DNA of 64,000 nt from Planctomycetota bacterium (lineage in GTDB: Bacteria > Planctomycetota > MHYJ01 > JACPRB01), in the NCBI GenBank assembly GCA_016209705.1, contig JACQVR010000134.1, positions 64,194 to 128,193 of the forward strand, in the 5' to 3' direction. Made by a program: the position numbers and the translations under genes. The notes under the pieces are model-generated. The model saw nothing but the letters and a program-made list of their open reading frames with translations, was not told the DNA's origin and ran no database searches. Below are positions 45,920 to 55,229 of the stretch, piece by piece; position 1 is the stretch's first letter; each line of letters begins with the position of its first letter.

Positions 45920-48391
45920 GTGCCGCACTCCTGTCCGCGGAACTGGACCCTGGGGCTCGGACTCCTGTGTCTCGCCGCCATCCGCTTGGAGTGCGCCTCC
46001 CCCGCGCTCCAGGCTCCTGAAGCGCTCCACCTCCAGCAAGAACCGCGTTCCGTCGCCCGCGATAGGCTGGGCGATCCGCTGCCTCCCGGCGCGATAGCCC
46101 GCTTGGGTACCACTCGCCTCCGCCACCTGGGCCCGGTGTACCGCGTCGCGTTCGCGCCCGACGGCCGGACGTTCGCGTCGGCCAGCGGCGATCGCACCGT
46201 GCGCCTCTGGGACGCCGTCACCGGAGAGGAGCGGTTGAAGCTCACGGGACACGAAGATTTCGTCTCGGCGCTCGCGTTTTCCCGGGACGGGAAGAGGCTC
46301 GCGTCGGGGGGCTTGGACGCGTTCGTGCGCGTCTGGGATCTCGCCGGCGGAAAGGAACTTTTCAAGCTGCCGGGACACAACCGTCCGGTGCAAACCGTCG
46401 CCTTTTCGGCGGACGGCAAGAAACTGGCCGTGGGAATGGAAGGGGCGGTGTTCTTGTGGGACGCCCACTCCGGCAAGGAAATCGTGAAGCCGGAGGAATT
46501 CGCCGATGAGCGCGTTTCCAGCCTGGCGCTTTCGGCGGACTGCGCCACGGTCGCGTTGGGCGCGTGGTCGGGCGACGTGCGCCTGAACGACGTCGTCTCC
46601 GGCGACGAGCGGATGCGGTTGCTCGGGCACGACAAGCCGATCCGCGGCATCGCGTTTTCCCTGGACGGCACGCTCCTCGCGACGGCCAGCAGCGATCGCA
46701 CGGTTCGCCTGTGGAACGCGCAGACGGGTCGGGAGATCCGAGCGCTGGAGGACGCCGACGAGGCGTATTCCGTCGCCTTCTCTCCGGACGGAGCGACCGT
46801 GGCGGCCGGAACCAAGCAGGGCCGAATCACGCTGTGGGATCACGGCACGGGCCGGGAAGCGCGGAGATTCTCCGCGCACGAGGGCGCGATCTTTTCGCTC
46901 GCCTTTTCTCCCAATGGGAGCGCGCTGCTTTCCGGCGGTCTCGATCAGGTCGTCCATCTGTGGCGCGTGGCGTCCGGAGAAGAAGGGATCCCGCGGCCCG
47001 GCCACGCGGGCGCGGTGTCGGGCATCGCGGTCCATCCGCAGACGAATCGCCTGGCGTCGGCGGGCCACGATCAGACGGTTCGTCTCTGGGACGCGGGAAC
47101 GGGAAAGCAACTCTGGAAGGGGATGGGCCATGAGGGGCGCGTTCATGCCGTCGCCTTCTCCCCGCGGGGAGTGACGCTCGCGTCGGGCGGAGAGGACCGG
47201 ACGATTCGCCTGTGGGACGTGTCCTCCGGAAAGGAGCGGCGGGCGCTCGAGGGGCACGAGGCGCCCGTCGGATGCGTGGCGTTTTCCCCGTACGGCGCCA
47301 CGCTGGCGTCCGGCTCCGCGGACCAGACCGTTCGCCTGTGGGAGGTGGAGACGGGCCGGGAACTGCGCGTCCTGAAGGCTCGATCGAGCATGGTCATCGT
47401 TCATTCGGTGGCCTTCTCTCCCGACGGCAAATGGTTGGCGTCGGCAAGCCTGGACCGGGTGGTCCGCGTATGGAATGTGGAAACGGGGGAGGAGGCGCGC
47501 GCGCTCAAAGGACACGAAGGCAACGTGACGTGCGTGGTTTTTTCTCCCGACGGGATGACGCTCGCCTCCGCCGCGGACGGCGCGATCCGCCTGTGGGAAT
47601 CCGCGACGGACCGCCTGCTGCTCACGATGCGGGGGCATGAGGGGGCGATCGCGTCGGTGTCATTTTCCTCCGACGGGAAGTGGATCGCTTCCGCCGGTTA
47701 CGATCGCACCGTCCGGCTGTGGGACGTGGCGACGGGAAAGCAACTGTGGCAACGCGAAGGCCACGCGAAGGAAATCACCGGCGTCTGCGTGTGGGGAACG
47801 GAACACGTCGCCTCCGCGAGCGCCGACACGACGATCCTGATTTGGGATCTGGCGCCGGAGTCCGTTGCGCCCGGTCGCCTGCCGGCCGAAGACGCGGAGC
47901 GGTTGTGGAAAGACCTCGCCGGGGAAGACGGTCCGCGGGCTTATAAGGCGATGTGGCGCCTGGCCGCCGCCGCGGACCAGGCGATCGATCTGATCCGAGG
48001 ACGGCTGGACCAGGAGCGCCCGTCGGCGGAGGAAGTGGAGCGGCTACTGGAGGAACTGGATCACGAAGATGTGGCGGTGCGGGATCGCGCCGCCCGGCGC
48101 TTGGTGGAGTTCGAAGCGGAAGAAGCGCTGCGCGGGCGGCTTGAGCGAGACCCCGGGCCCGAGCTGCGCGCGCGCATCGAGACGCTGCTGGAAGATCTGA
48201 GGCAGCGGCGGGAGACTCCGATCGCCGCCGACGCGCCGTCGCTCCAGCGGATCCGGGCTATCCAGGTTTTGGAACGGGTCGGAACGCCGGAAGCGCTCGA
48301 AGCGCTGGAGCGGCTGGCCGGTCACGCGCCCTGGGCGGGGGTGCGGCGGGACGCGAAAGCCGCGTCGGCCCGGCTCAAGGCACGCCGTTAG
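45920..48391 (+). CDS. Secreted WD40-repeat protein (~14 WD repeats) with a C-terminal HEAT-like repeat region
   Basis: The gene uses a GTG start with an AAAGGAG ribosome-binding site. A signal peptide is followed by repeated ...SASxDxTVRLWD... WD40 units and a C-terminal PBS-lyase/HEAT-like segment. Confidence 0.8.
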   Translation: MPHSCPRNWTLGLGLLCLAAIRLECASPALQAPEALHLQQEPRSVARDRLGDPLPPGAIARLGTTRLRHLGPVYRVAFAPDGRTFASASGDRTVRLWDAVTGEERLKLTGHEDFVSALAFSRDGKRLASGGLDAFVRVWDLAGGKELFKLPGHNRPVQTVAFSADGKKLAVGMEGAVFLWDAHSGKEIVKPEEFADERVSSLALSADCATVALGAWSGDVRLNDVVSGDERMRLLGHDKPIRGIAFSLDGTLLATASSDRTVRLWNAQTGREIRALEDADEAYSVAFSPDGATVAAGTKQGRITLWDHGTGREARRFSAHEGAIFSLAFSPNGSALLSGGLDQVVHLWRVASGEEGIPRPGHAGAVSGIAVHPQTNRLASAGHDQTVRLWDAGTGKQLWKGMGHEGRVHAVAFSPRGVTLASGGEDRTIRLWDVSSGKERRALEGHEAPVGCVAFSPYGATLASGSADQTVRLWEVETGRELRVLKARSSMVIVHSVAFSPDGKWLASASLDRVVRVWNVETGEEARALKGHEGNVTCVVFSPDGMTLASAADGAIRLWESATDRLLLTMRGHEGAIASVSFSSDGKWIASAGYDRTVRLWDVATGKQLWQREGHAKEITGVCVWGTEHVASASADTTILIWDLAPESVAPGRLPAEDAERLWKDLAGEDGPRAYKAMWRLAAAADQAIDLIRGRLDQERPSAEEVERLLEELDHEDVAVRDRAARRLVEFEAEEALRGRLERDPGPELRARIETLLEDLRQRRETPIAADAPSLQRIRAIQVLERVGTPEALEALERLAGHAPWAGVRRDAKAASARLKARR

Positions 48392-48405
48392 CTCGGATGC
48401 CCGAT

Positions 48406-49170
48406 CTATGGCAGCATCCCTTCCCAGTGGTAGGGAAGATCCCGCATCCGGCCGGGACGGTCGGAGGTCCTCAACGCGGCGACCATGTCGTTTACGATGC
48501 TGCGCTGAAGCGCGATCGCGTGGGCCGGTCCCAGGGTGCGGCCGAAGGGGAAGTTGATGAAGAGCGGGCGGGGGACCCGAATCTGGGCCGCGATTTCCTT
48601 GACGGTCACGAGCGTGACCGTCGAGAGCCCGGAGCGCTCGAGTTCGCGCGATATTTCCGCCGCCGTTTGATTGCAGGCGAAGTTCGCCGGCACGATGAAG
48701 ACGACGTCGATGGCGTAGTCTTCGCGCATTTTCCGGCCGACCTCGCGGGCATTGTCCCGCAGCGCGTTCACGTCGTCGCACAGCCCGTAGAAGGAGAAGA
48801 ACGTTTCGCTCACGCCCGCGAGCACGCGCTCTTCCGCCAGTTCCTTGATTCGATCCACCGGCGCGACGACGTTGAGGTCTTCCTCCGCTTCCCGAGGATC
48901 GAAGTTGGTGAAATCGAATGTCAGCGTCGCTCGGGAGACGTACATCGAGATCTCGCGGAAGTCGGGGCTTCCGTGCAGGCGGTCCGCCGCGTATTCCACC
49001 TGGGTCTTCAGGCGCAGGCCGGCCGTCGTGACCAGGGCGCCCTGGCACATGGGGAGCGAGCGGTGCAGCGGCGTCCAGGGCGTGGGTTCCGTCTGAAAGA
49101 AGCCGAACTCGGCGGCGCGGCGCTCCAGAGCGTGACGGCGGTCGGCGGGATAGAAGGCGAACTCGGTCAT
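48406..49170 (-). CDS. Hypothetical protein (possible GrdB/PrdB-like fold)
   Basis: A 254-aa product with protein-like composition, taken from MTEFAFYPADRRHA. The opposite-strand ORF 48397–49242 looks like a shadow of it. Confidence 0.4.
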   Translation of the reverse strand: MTEFAFYPADRRHALERRAAEFGFFQTEPTPWTPLHRSLPMCQGALVTTAGLRLKTQVEYAADRLHGSPDFREISMYVSRATLTFDFTNFDPREAEEDLNVVAPVDRIKELAEERVLAGVSETFFSFYGLCDDVNALRDNAREVGRKMREDYAIDVVFIVPANFACNQTAAEISRELERSGLSTVTLVTVKEIAAQIRVPRPLFINFPFGRTLGPAHAIALQRSIVNDMVAALRTSDRPGRMRDLPYHWEGMLP

Positions 49171-49389
49171 GGCGGCGGACTCCAAAGAGAAGCCCCAACA
49201 AAAGAACGCAAGACGCGTGCGGAGCTTATGAAGGCCGCCTGAAGCCGGCAGGAAAACTCCGAACTGCGCCCTCTCTCTCCCTTCCACAATAAATCTAACA
49301 TGAGATGGCGCGGAAGCAAGGCCGAATCGAGAAAAAAATCGTTGGCGCGCCGGACGGCGGCTTATAATTTCATGCCGGGCACCGGAGCG

Positions 49390-50079
49390 ATGGTTCGGCT
49401 GGCATGGCTGTCGATTTTGACCGGATGCGCGGCGGCAAGCTCACGGCCGTCCGGGCCTTTTGACATTCCCCGGGAATCGTTGGGGGAGGACGCGGTCGCG
49501 GTTCTGGATGAGCCGTCCGCGGTGGTCGATCTGCCGCTCACGCGCGTCGAGAGCCGGCCGGACATCTACGAGTTCCTCCTCGAAGAGCTGCCGTTCACCG
49601 CCGGCGTGCTTCGTGAACTGGGACGGGCGACGTACCGGATCCGGCGGGAAGCGCGGCCGGAGGGCGAGCCGGAGACGATCGTCTTCGACGACGGCGAAGG
49701 CATCGAGGTGCGCGCCGAACTGGTGCTTCGAGAGCGGACGCGGTGGATCTACGTCACCGACGGGCGATACGATCTGGGCCTCTTTTCCGTATGGAGCCGC
49801 GGCGTCGTCATCGTCGTGTATGAAGCGCGGGACGGAGCGCTCTGGACTCGGGCGCGCGTATATGCCAGATTGAAGGGGAAAGTCTTCGAACTGGGCGCGC
49901 TGGTCCTGGGCCTGCTTGAAAGCACGATCCGTTCGAAGGCGCTCGTGTTCGTCGATGCGGCGCGGGAAGTGGCGGAGCTGACGGCCGCCGATCCGGAGCG
50001 GCTCTATCGGAACGTGAAGGGTTCGCGCGAAGTGGACGCCGGCGTGCTCGAGGAGTATCGGCGGCGTTTCTTGAAATAA
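49390..50079 (+). CDS. Hypothetical lipoprotein
   Basis: Carries a lipobox (MVRLAWLSILTGCAAAS) and has no recognisable domain. Confidence 0.5.
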   Translation: MVRLAWLSILTGCAAASSRPSGPFDIPRESLGEDAVAVLDEPSAVVDLPLTRVESRPDIYEFLLEELPFTAGVLRELGRATYRIRREARPEGEPETIVFDDGEGIEVRAELVLRERTRWIYVTDGRYDLGLFSVWSRGVVIVVYEARDGALWTRARVYARLKGKVFELGALVLGLLESTIRSKALVFVDAAREVAELTAADPERLYRNVKGSREVDAGVLEEYRRRFLK

Positions 50080-50095
50080 TTGTTCTTTCAAAATC

Positions 50096-50735
50096 TGGCG
50101 GCGCCGTGACGGCGGCCGAGACGATCGCCCCCGCCCTTTCTCAAGCATTTTGCTGCTTCAATGCGTCTGGACCCCAAAGGAGGGTTGAGCTGTGCGGGAG
50201 ATAAGTGCTCAAGAAAGGGCGGGGGAGGAAAGTCCGGGCTCCACAGGGCGGGATGGTTCCTAACGGGAACCGGCTTCGCGCGGAAGCGCGAAGTCAGGGA
50301 AAGTGCCACAGAAAACAAACCGCCCCGCCCTTTCTTCAGCGTTTGCTTCTTCCGACGGGACCCCTCCGGAAGGGTGTATTTCCGTTCCGGAGAAAAAAAA
50401 TGCTCAAGAAAGGGCGGGGCAAGGGTGAAACGGTGCGGTAAGAGCGCACCGCGCCTCCGGCGACGGAGGCGGCACGGCAAACCCCATCCGGAGAAAGTCC
50501 AAATAGGTGCGCGGATGAAGGCCGGCCCGGCCGAGAGCGCACGGGTAGGACGTTGGAGGCCGCGCGCGAGCGCGGTCCTAGACGGATGATCGTCACCCCG
50601 CCCTTTCTTCAGCGAAACGCTTAGAGGAGAGCGCGCCCTTTCGGAGGGATGTCGCTTCGACGAAGTTTTCGCGTTGGAGAAAGGGCGGGGAACAGGACCC
50701 GGCTTATGAAGCCGCCGTCACCGCGCCGCTCATCA
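50096..50735 (+). ncRNA. rnpB: RNase P RNA (bacterial type A) with three greatly expanded peripheral hairpins
   Basis: The conserved regions are present: GGAAAGTCCGGGCTCC (CR-I), AAGGGTGAAACGGTGCGGTAAGAGCGCACC (CR-II/III), GTCCAAATAGG (CR-IV) and ACAGGACCCGGCTTA (CR-V). P1 is formed by GGCGGCGCCGTGACGGCGGC (5') and GCCGCCGTCACCGCGCCGC (3'). Roughly 100-nt hairpins occupy the P3, P12 and P18 positions. Confidence 0.8.
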
Positions 50736-50790
50736 TGCAAGGTCCCGGAACGTATATAAGGGTGAGGCGGCATTGCATCTGGAGGAAACC

Positions 50791-51483
50791 ATGAAGCGGC
50801 TGATCGGTTGGATGGCGCCGGCGGCGGCGCTCCTGGCGCTCGCTCTCTCGGCGAACGCTCAGGACGATAAAGAGGCGCTCAAGAAGAAGATTTTGGAGTC
50901 CGTCGAGAAGAAGCTGAAGGAGGAAGAGGAGCGCATTCTCAAAGAGGTCGCGAAGCTCATCGACGATGAGCTGGGCAAGGGGATGGGCAAGAAGTCCGAC
51001 GACAAGCCCAAGGAAGATCCCCCTCCGGCCAAGAAGGCGGGTTACCTCGGCATCCAGGCGGAAGAAGTTTCCCGCGAGGAGTGCGAGGAGCTGAAGATCG
51101 AAGGCGGGGTCCGCGTCTACGCGGTGCATCCCGACAGCCCGGCCCAGAAGGGAGGGGTGGAGGAAGGCGACATCATCGTCGAGATCGACGGCGAGAAGAT
51201 TCTCGATTTCGCGACGCTGCGGCCCGTGCTGCTCAAGAAGGGAGCCGGCGCCGGCGTGACGATGAAGGTGCTGAGAAGCAAGAAGTCGCGCGAGATCAAA
51301 GTGACGCTGGGCGTCCATCCGGAGGAGCAGTCGCGCGGCGTTCCGGAACAGCGCCCGAAGTCGGACCGGAAGGCCGAAGCCAAGAAGACCGAGGAGCCCT
51401 CCAAGGACGAATCCTCGAAAACCTCGAAAGGCGACCAGGATCTCCGCGAACGCCTGCGGAAGTTCCTGGAGAAGCAGAAGTAG
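50791..51483 (+). CDS. Secreted PDZ-domain protein with Lys/Glu-rich flanks
   Basis: A signal peptide (MKRLIGWMAPAAALLALALSANA) is followed by a PDZ core (GYLGIQAEEVSREECEELKIEGGVRVYAVHPDSPAQKGGVEEGDIIVEIDGEKI). Confidence 0.65.
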   Translation: MKRLIGWMAPAAALLALALSANAQDDKEALKKKILESVEKKLKEEEERILKEVAKLIDDELGKGMGKKSDDKPKEDPPPAKKAGYLGIQAEEVSREECEELKIEGGVRVYAVHPDSPAQKGGVEEGDIIVEIDGEKILDFATLRPVLLKKGAGAGVTMKVLRSKKSREIKVTLGVHPEEQSRGVPEQRPKSDRKAEAKKTEEPSKDESSKTSKGDQDLRERLRKFLEKQK

Positions 51484-51659
51484 CGGCGGAAACGAATCGC
51501 GGATTCGGCCTCCCGCCCGAATCCCCCTGGCTTTTTTCACGCGAACCTTTCGCGCCGGTGTGTTACTCTATCCGCTAGACGTTCGGGGCGATCCGACGTC
51601 AAATAATCGTTGGCCGAGTGACCCGTGATCGCCTGCTCTGGGGTGGAGAACGCCGTTCG

Positions 51660-52253
51660 ATGCCGGATCCCGCGGAAGTCGATCTGATCCAACGCTGCCA
51701 GAAGGGCCATGAAGGCGCGTTCCGCGAATTGATGGAACGCTACCAACGTCGGACCTACTGGATCGCGCACAACATGCTCAACAATTACGATCTCGCCCAG
51801 GACATTTCTCAGGAAGCGTTCATCCGCGTCTTCCGCAATCTGCGCAACTTCGACGTAAAGAAAAACTTCTACACGTGGCTCTACCAGATCGTCGTGAATC
51901 TGTGCATCGACCATCTGCGCAAGATGTCGCACGGGCGGACGGTGGATCTGGACGAGGTGGGAGGGTTGCCGGACGACGAGAAGCGGAACCCGCATGAAGA
52001 GTCCGGTCGCGCCGAGTTGCGCGGCCGGGTCCAGAAGACGCTGGATCGCCTTCCGCCGAAGTACAAGGCGGTCATCATGCTGCGCGACATCCAGGGCTTT
52101 TCCTGCGAGGAGATCAGCGAGATCGTCGGCTGCACGAACGCGACGACGCGGTGGCGCCTGCACCGGGCGCGCAAGCTCTTCAAGGCGTTGTGGACGGGCA
52201 AGCGCGTCGAAGCGGCCCGCGACGACGACGGCGACGCCGACCTGTTACAATAA
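51660..52253 (+). CDS. ECF-type RNA polymerase sigma-70 family factor (sigma-24/RpoE-like)
   Basis: Contains sigma region 2 (YWIAHNMLNNYDLAQDISQEAFIRVFRNLRNFD) and region 4 (LPPKYKAVIMLRDIQGFSCEEISEIVGCTNATTRWRLHRARK). Confidence 0.85.
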   Translation: MPDPAEVDLIQRCQKGHEGAFRELMERYQRRTYWIAHNMLNNYDLAQDISQEAFIRVFRNLRNFDVKKNFYTWLYQIVVNLCIDHLRKMSHGRTVDLDEVGGLPDDEKRNPHEESGRAELRGRVQKTLDRLPPKYKAVIMLRDIQGFSCEEISEIVGCTNATTRWRLHRARKLFKALWTGKRVEAARDDDGDADLLQ

Positions 52254-52274
52254 GTTTTGAGAATATATTGTAAC
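52244..52274. repeat. 31-nt palindromic element GTTACAATAAGTTTTGAGAATATATTGTAAC (family copy D, inverted orientation)
   Basis: It overlaps the sigma-factor stop codon and lies between the sigma and anti-sigma genes. Its centre is the reverse complement of the TTCTCAAAA centre seen in the other copies. Confidence 0.6.
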
Positions 52275-52361
52275 GGGCGGCTTCCCCGGGAGCGGGGTCC
52301 GCGAGGTTTCCAACATTTCGGGTGGAGTTCCGTACCACCTACAGAGCCGGAGACTTATTTC

Positions 52362-52979
52362 ATGGGTTGCGAGGACATGAAGGACCTGCTGGCGCTGGAA
52401 GCCGGCGGGGATGCTCAGCCGGATGAACGGATCGCCGTCGAATCTCATATTGCGGTGTGTCCCGAGTGCGCGCGCGAATTGACGGATTATCGCCAACTGC
52501 GCGCCGCCCTGGCTGAATTGCGCGAAGGCGCGGTGCCGTCCAGAACGTTCGAGCGGATCCGCGGGCAGGTCGGCAGCGCCATGAAGTTCACCATCGTCCA
52601 GCGCTCCACCGCCTCATGGTTCGTGCGCGCCGCCGCCGTGCTCGTCGTGGGCGTATCGGTGGGCTTCTCCAGCGCTTCGATCTATCGCCAGGTCACCCAG
52701 CTTCGGCCCGCGGTGGAAGCGGAGGATGGCGTCGCGGACCAGGACCTGGAAATGGAAAAGGGCGCCAGCAACGTTTCCGGCAGGCCCTATCGGACCGCCG
52801 CCGGAGCGCGCGGTTTCGGCATCATTTCGCCGCCCTCGGTACTGGATCCGCTCCGCGGCGGCTTCACGTTCCGCATCGACCGGACGCCGGAAGCCAAGGT
52901 GAATGATTCTTCTAAAGACGGCGTCTACTACCTCCCGCGCGTCGAAAGCTTCCCCGATCCTCATGAGGTGGATTTCTAA
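52362..52979 (+). CDS. Anti-sigma factor (zf-HC2 zinc-finger type, single TM segment)
   Basis: A H-x3-C-x2-C motif (HIAVCPECAREL) is followed by a TM helix (WFVRAAAVLVVGVSVGF). It lies directly downstream of the ECF sigma gene. Confidence 0.7.
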   Translation: MGCEDMKDLLALEAGGDAQPDERIAVESHIAVCPECARELTDYRQLRAALAELREGAVPSRTFERIRGQVGSAMKFTIVQRSTASWFVRAAAVLVVGVSVGFSSASIYRQVTQLRPAVEAEDGVADQDLEMEKGASNVSGRPYRTAAGARGFGIISPPSVLDPLRGGFTFRIDRTPEAKVNDSSKDGVYYLPRVESFPDPHEVDF

Positions 52980-52998
52980 AGCGGGTCCTGGAACCAGC

Positions 52999-54090
52999 AT
53001 GAACGCGCTCCTGTGGATGGCGCTGTCGGCCGGCGTCGCGTCGGCCGCGCAAGAGCCCCCCCCCTCCCAGGAGGAACCCAGCGCGCTCGAAAGGATCGAA
53101 CGCGACGTCGCCGCCGTCGTCGAGCGCGCGCGCAAATCCGTCGTTCAAGTCACGGTCCGTTGCGCCGCCATGGTCGACCGCATGCCGGTCTCCGAGACGG
53201 TGAAGCTTTCGGGCGTCGTCTATTCGGAGGACGGCGTCATCCTTACTGACGCTGGCGGCCTGGATTCGGCCGTCGAAGTGCGGGTGACGCTGCCGGAAGG
53301 ACACGAGACGTTCGCGACGGTCGTGGCGGTGGATCCCCAGACCTCGATCGGCGTCTTGCGCATCAAGGCCACGGGACTGACGCCGGCCGAATTTACGGAC
53401 TCCCCGGAAATCCGGCAGGGCAGTTTCGCCGTGGTCGTCGGAAATCCCATGGGTCTGCGCGGATCCTCCTCGGTTGGCTTCCTGAGCGGCACGGGACGCT
53501 CCATTGTGTGCCGCGGCCGCCGCTTCGACGACATGCTTCAACTCACGACTTCCGTCCAGCCGGGCGACTGCGGCGGCTTCGTCGCCGACGCGCGCGGCCG
53601 TCTGATCGGCATGGTGCATTCCAACCACGTCAGCCGCGCGCTCGATCCCGCGAGCATGAGCATCCTGATGCTCCTGGGCAAGAACGGGGCCAATTTCATG
53701 CAAGCCGGAATCCAGATGACGGCGTTCGCCACGCCTTCCAGCGTCGTGCGGATGGTCGCCGAACGGATCCTGAAATACGGCCGCATGGTTCGCGGTTGGG
53801 CCGGGCTGTCGGTGCGGCCGATCGATCTGTCGAAGCGGGAGCAGCTCGATCTTCCGCCGGGCCACGGCGGAGAAATCTTCTCGGTCGACAAGTCCGGTCC
53901 GGCCCGCAAAGCGGGCCTCAAGCGCGGCGACATCCTCCTGTCGTTCGACGGCGAACCGGTGAGCGATCTTCAGGCGCTTCGGTGGAAGGTCCAGCGGATC
54001 GAGGAGCCGCGCGACGTGAAAGTCGTCATCCTGCGCGGCGACGAACGCCTCGAAAAGAACCTTCGAGTGGAGCTTGAACCCCAGCCGTGA
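52999..54090 (+). CDS. HtrA/DegP-like trypsin-fold protein with PDZ domain whose catalytic triad is degenerate (predicted non-catalytic)
   Basis: A signal peptide is followed by an HtrA scaffold in which TNNH is replaced by TDAGG (no His), the Asp position by Ser, and GNSGG by GDCGG (Ser to Cys). The PDZ domain is intact. Confidence 0.7.
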   Translation: MNALLWMALSAGVASAAQEPPPSQEEPSALERIERDVAAVVERARKSVVQVTVRCAAMVDRMPVSETVKLSGVVYSEDGVILTDAGGLDSAVEVRVTLPEGHETFATVVAVDPQTSIGVLRIKATGLTPAEFTDSPEIRQGSFAVVVGNPMGLRGSSSVGFLSGTGRSIVCRGRRFDDMLQLTTSVQPGDCGGFVADARGRLIGMVHSNHVSRALDPASMSILMLLGKNGANFMQAGIQMTAFATPSSVVRMVAERILKYGRMVRGWAGLSVRPIDLSKREQLDLPPGHGGEIFSVDKSGPARKAGLKRGDILLSFDGEPVSDLQALRWKVQRIEEPRDVKVVILRGDERLEKNLRVELEPQP

Positions 54091-55220
54091 ACCGGGTTGC
54101 GTCGGCTTTGGCGTTTCTGGTGCTGCTGGCGGCCGGGATCGCGGGCGGAGTAGGCCTGAGCCAACGCTTGGAGCCGCCCCCGTTTCATCCCTCCGCCGCG
54201 GACACCGCCGCGGCGCTTCAGGCGGCCTTCAACCGCGCGGCCGAAACGGCCATGCGCTCCGTCGTTCACATTTCCACCAAGGTCCAATTCGCGTCCCGGG
54301 AGAACGTCGGCTCGGGCATCATCGTCAGCGATCAGGGTCACATCGTGACCAACGAGCACGTCATCCGGCTGGTCAAGGAGATCGTCGTGAGGTTCGTCGA
54401 CGGCGCCGAATATGAAGCCACTCTGGTGGGACGGGATCCAGAATCCGATCTGGCCGTCGTGAAGATCGATCCCGAAGGCCGCCCGCTGACGCCGATCGCC
54501 TTCGCCGATTCCGAGGCCGTGCGGGTGGGGGACGTCGTGTTCGCGATCGGCAGCCCGTTCGGATACAACCACACGGTCACCGGCGGCATCGTCAGCGCCA
54601 AGCATCGCCGGACCGAGCTCAATCAGCCGTACGAAGATTTCATCCAGACCGACGCGGCCATCAATCCCGGGAATTCCGGCGGCGCGCTCGTGAACCTGAA
54701 CGGCGAGCTGGTGGGACTCAATACCGCGATCGTCTCCCAGACGCGCGCCAGCGAGGGTATCGGATTGGCGATCGCTTCGGACCTCGTGAAATGGGTGCAG
54801 CAACGGCTGATCCGCGACGGGCGGGTGAAGCGTGGGTATCTGGGCATCGATTCCCTGGACGTCAATCCGAAAATCGTTCGCCAGGACGACCGGGTCCGCG
54901 GCCACCGCCGGTTCAAGGGCATTCAGGACATGAAGGACCTCCTGGAGGAGCTTGGGTTATCGGAAGCCCGCGGCGTGATCATCACGCGCGTGGAGGACCG
55001 CTCTCCAGCGGCCTCGGTGCCGCTGCAACCTCTGGATGTGCTGACGGAGATCGACGGCAAGCCGATCCGCAATCGCCATCAACTCTTCTTCCAAGTGGCC
55101 GAACTCGAGCCCGGCAAGAGAGTCAAATTGAAATACGTCCGCGATCGCCGCTTGCTGGAAGCGGAAGTCGAGCTGGCCGAGCGCCGTCCCGTCGACCCGT
55201 GGGGCGGCCCGCAGCGATAG
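54087..55220 (+). CDS. HtrA/DegQ-family serine protease with PDZ domain (canonical triad)
   Basis: A GTG start overlaps the upstream stop (GTGA). The catalytic residues are present: HIVTNEHVI, DLAVVKI and NPGNSGGALVNLNGELVGLNTAI. Confidence 0.85.
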   Translation: MNRVASALAFLVLLAAGIAGGVGLSQRLEPPPFHPSAADTAAALQAAFNRAAETAMRSVVHISTKVQFASRENVGSGIIVSDQGHIVTNEHVIRLVKEIVVRFVDGAEYEATLVGRDPESDLAVVKIDPEGRPLTPIAFADSEAVRVGDVVFAIGSPFGYNHTVTGGIVSAKHRRTELNQPYEDFIQTDAAINPGNSGGALVNLNGELVGLNTAIVSQTRASEGIGLAIASDLVKWVQQRLIRDGRVKRGYLGIDSLDVNPKIVRQDDRVRGHRRFKGIQDMKDLLEELGLSEARGVIITRVEDRSPAASVPLQPLDVLTEIDGKPIRNRHQLFFQVAELEPGKRVKLKYVRDRRLLEAEVELAERRPVDPWGGPQR

Positions 55221-55229
55221 ATGGAAGGG

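Noticed and set aside
45794-47638. 614-aa minus-strand ORF
   Set aside because: It is entirely antisense to the WD40-repeat gene, which has a clear repeat structure and RBS. Its composition is shadow-like.
48397-49242. 281-aa plus-strand ORF
   Set aside because: It overlaps the minus-strand ORF 48406–49287, whose translation is protein-like. The plus-strand product is Arg/Asp/Gly/His-rich with no hydrophobic core.
50088-50596. Several 60–140-aa ORFs on both strands (50088–50480, 50161–50589, 50205–50441, 50336–50596)
   Set aside because: They overlap the RNase P RNA gene, whose conserved CR-I to CR-V blocks explain the sequence; they are not coding.
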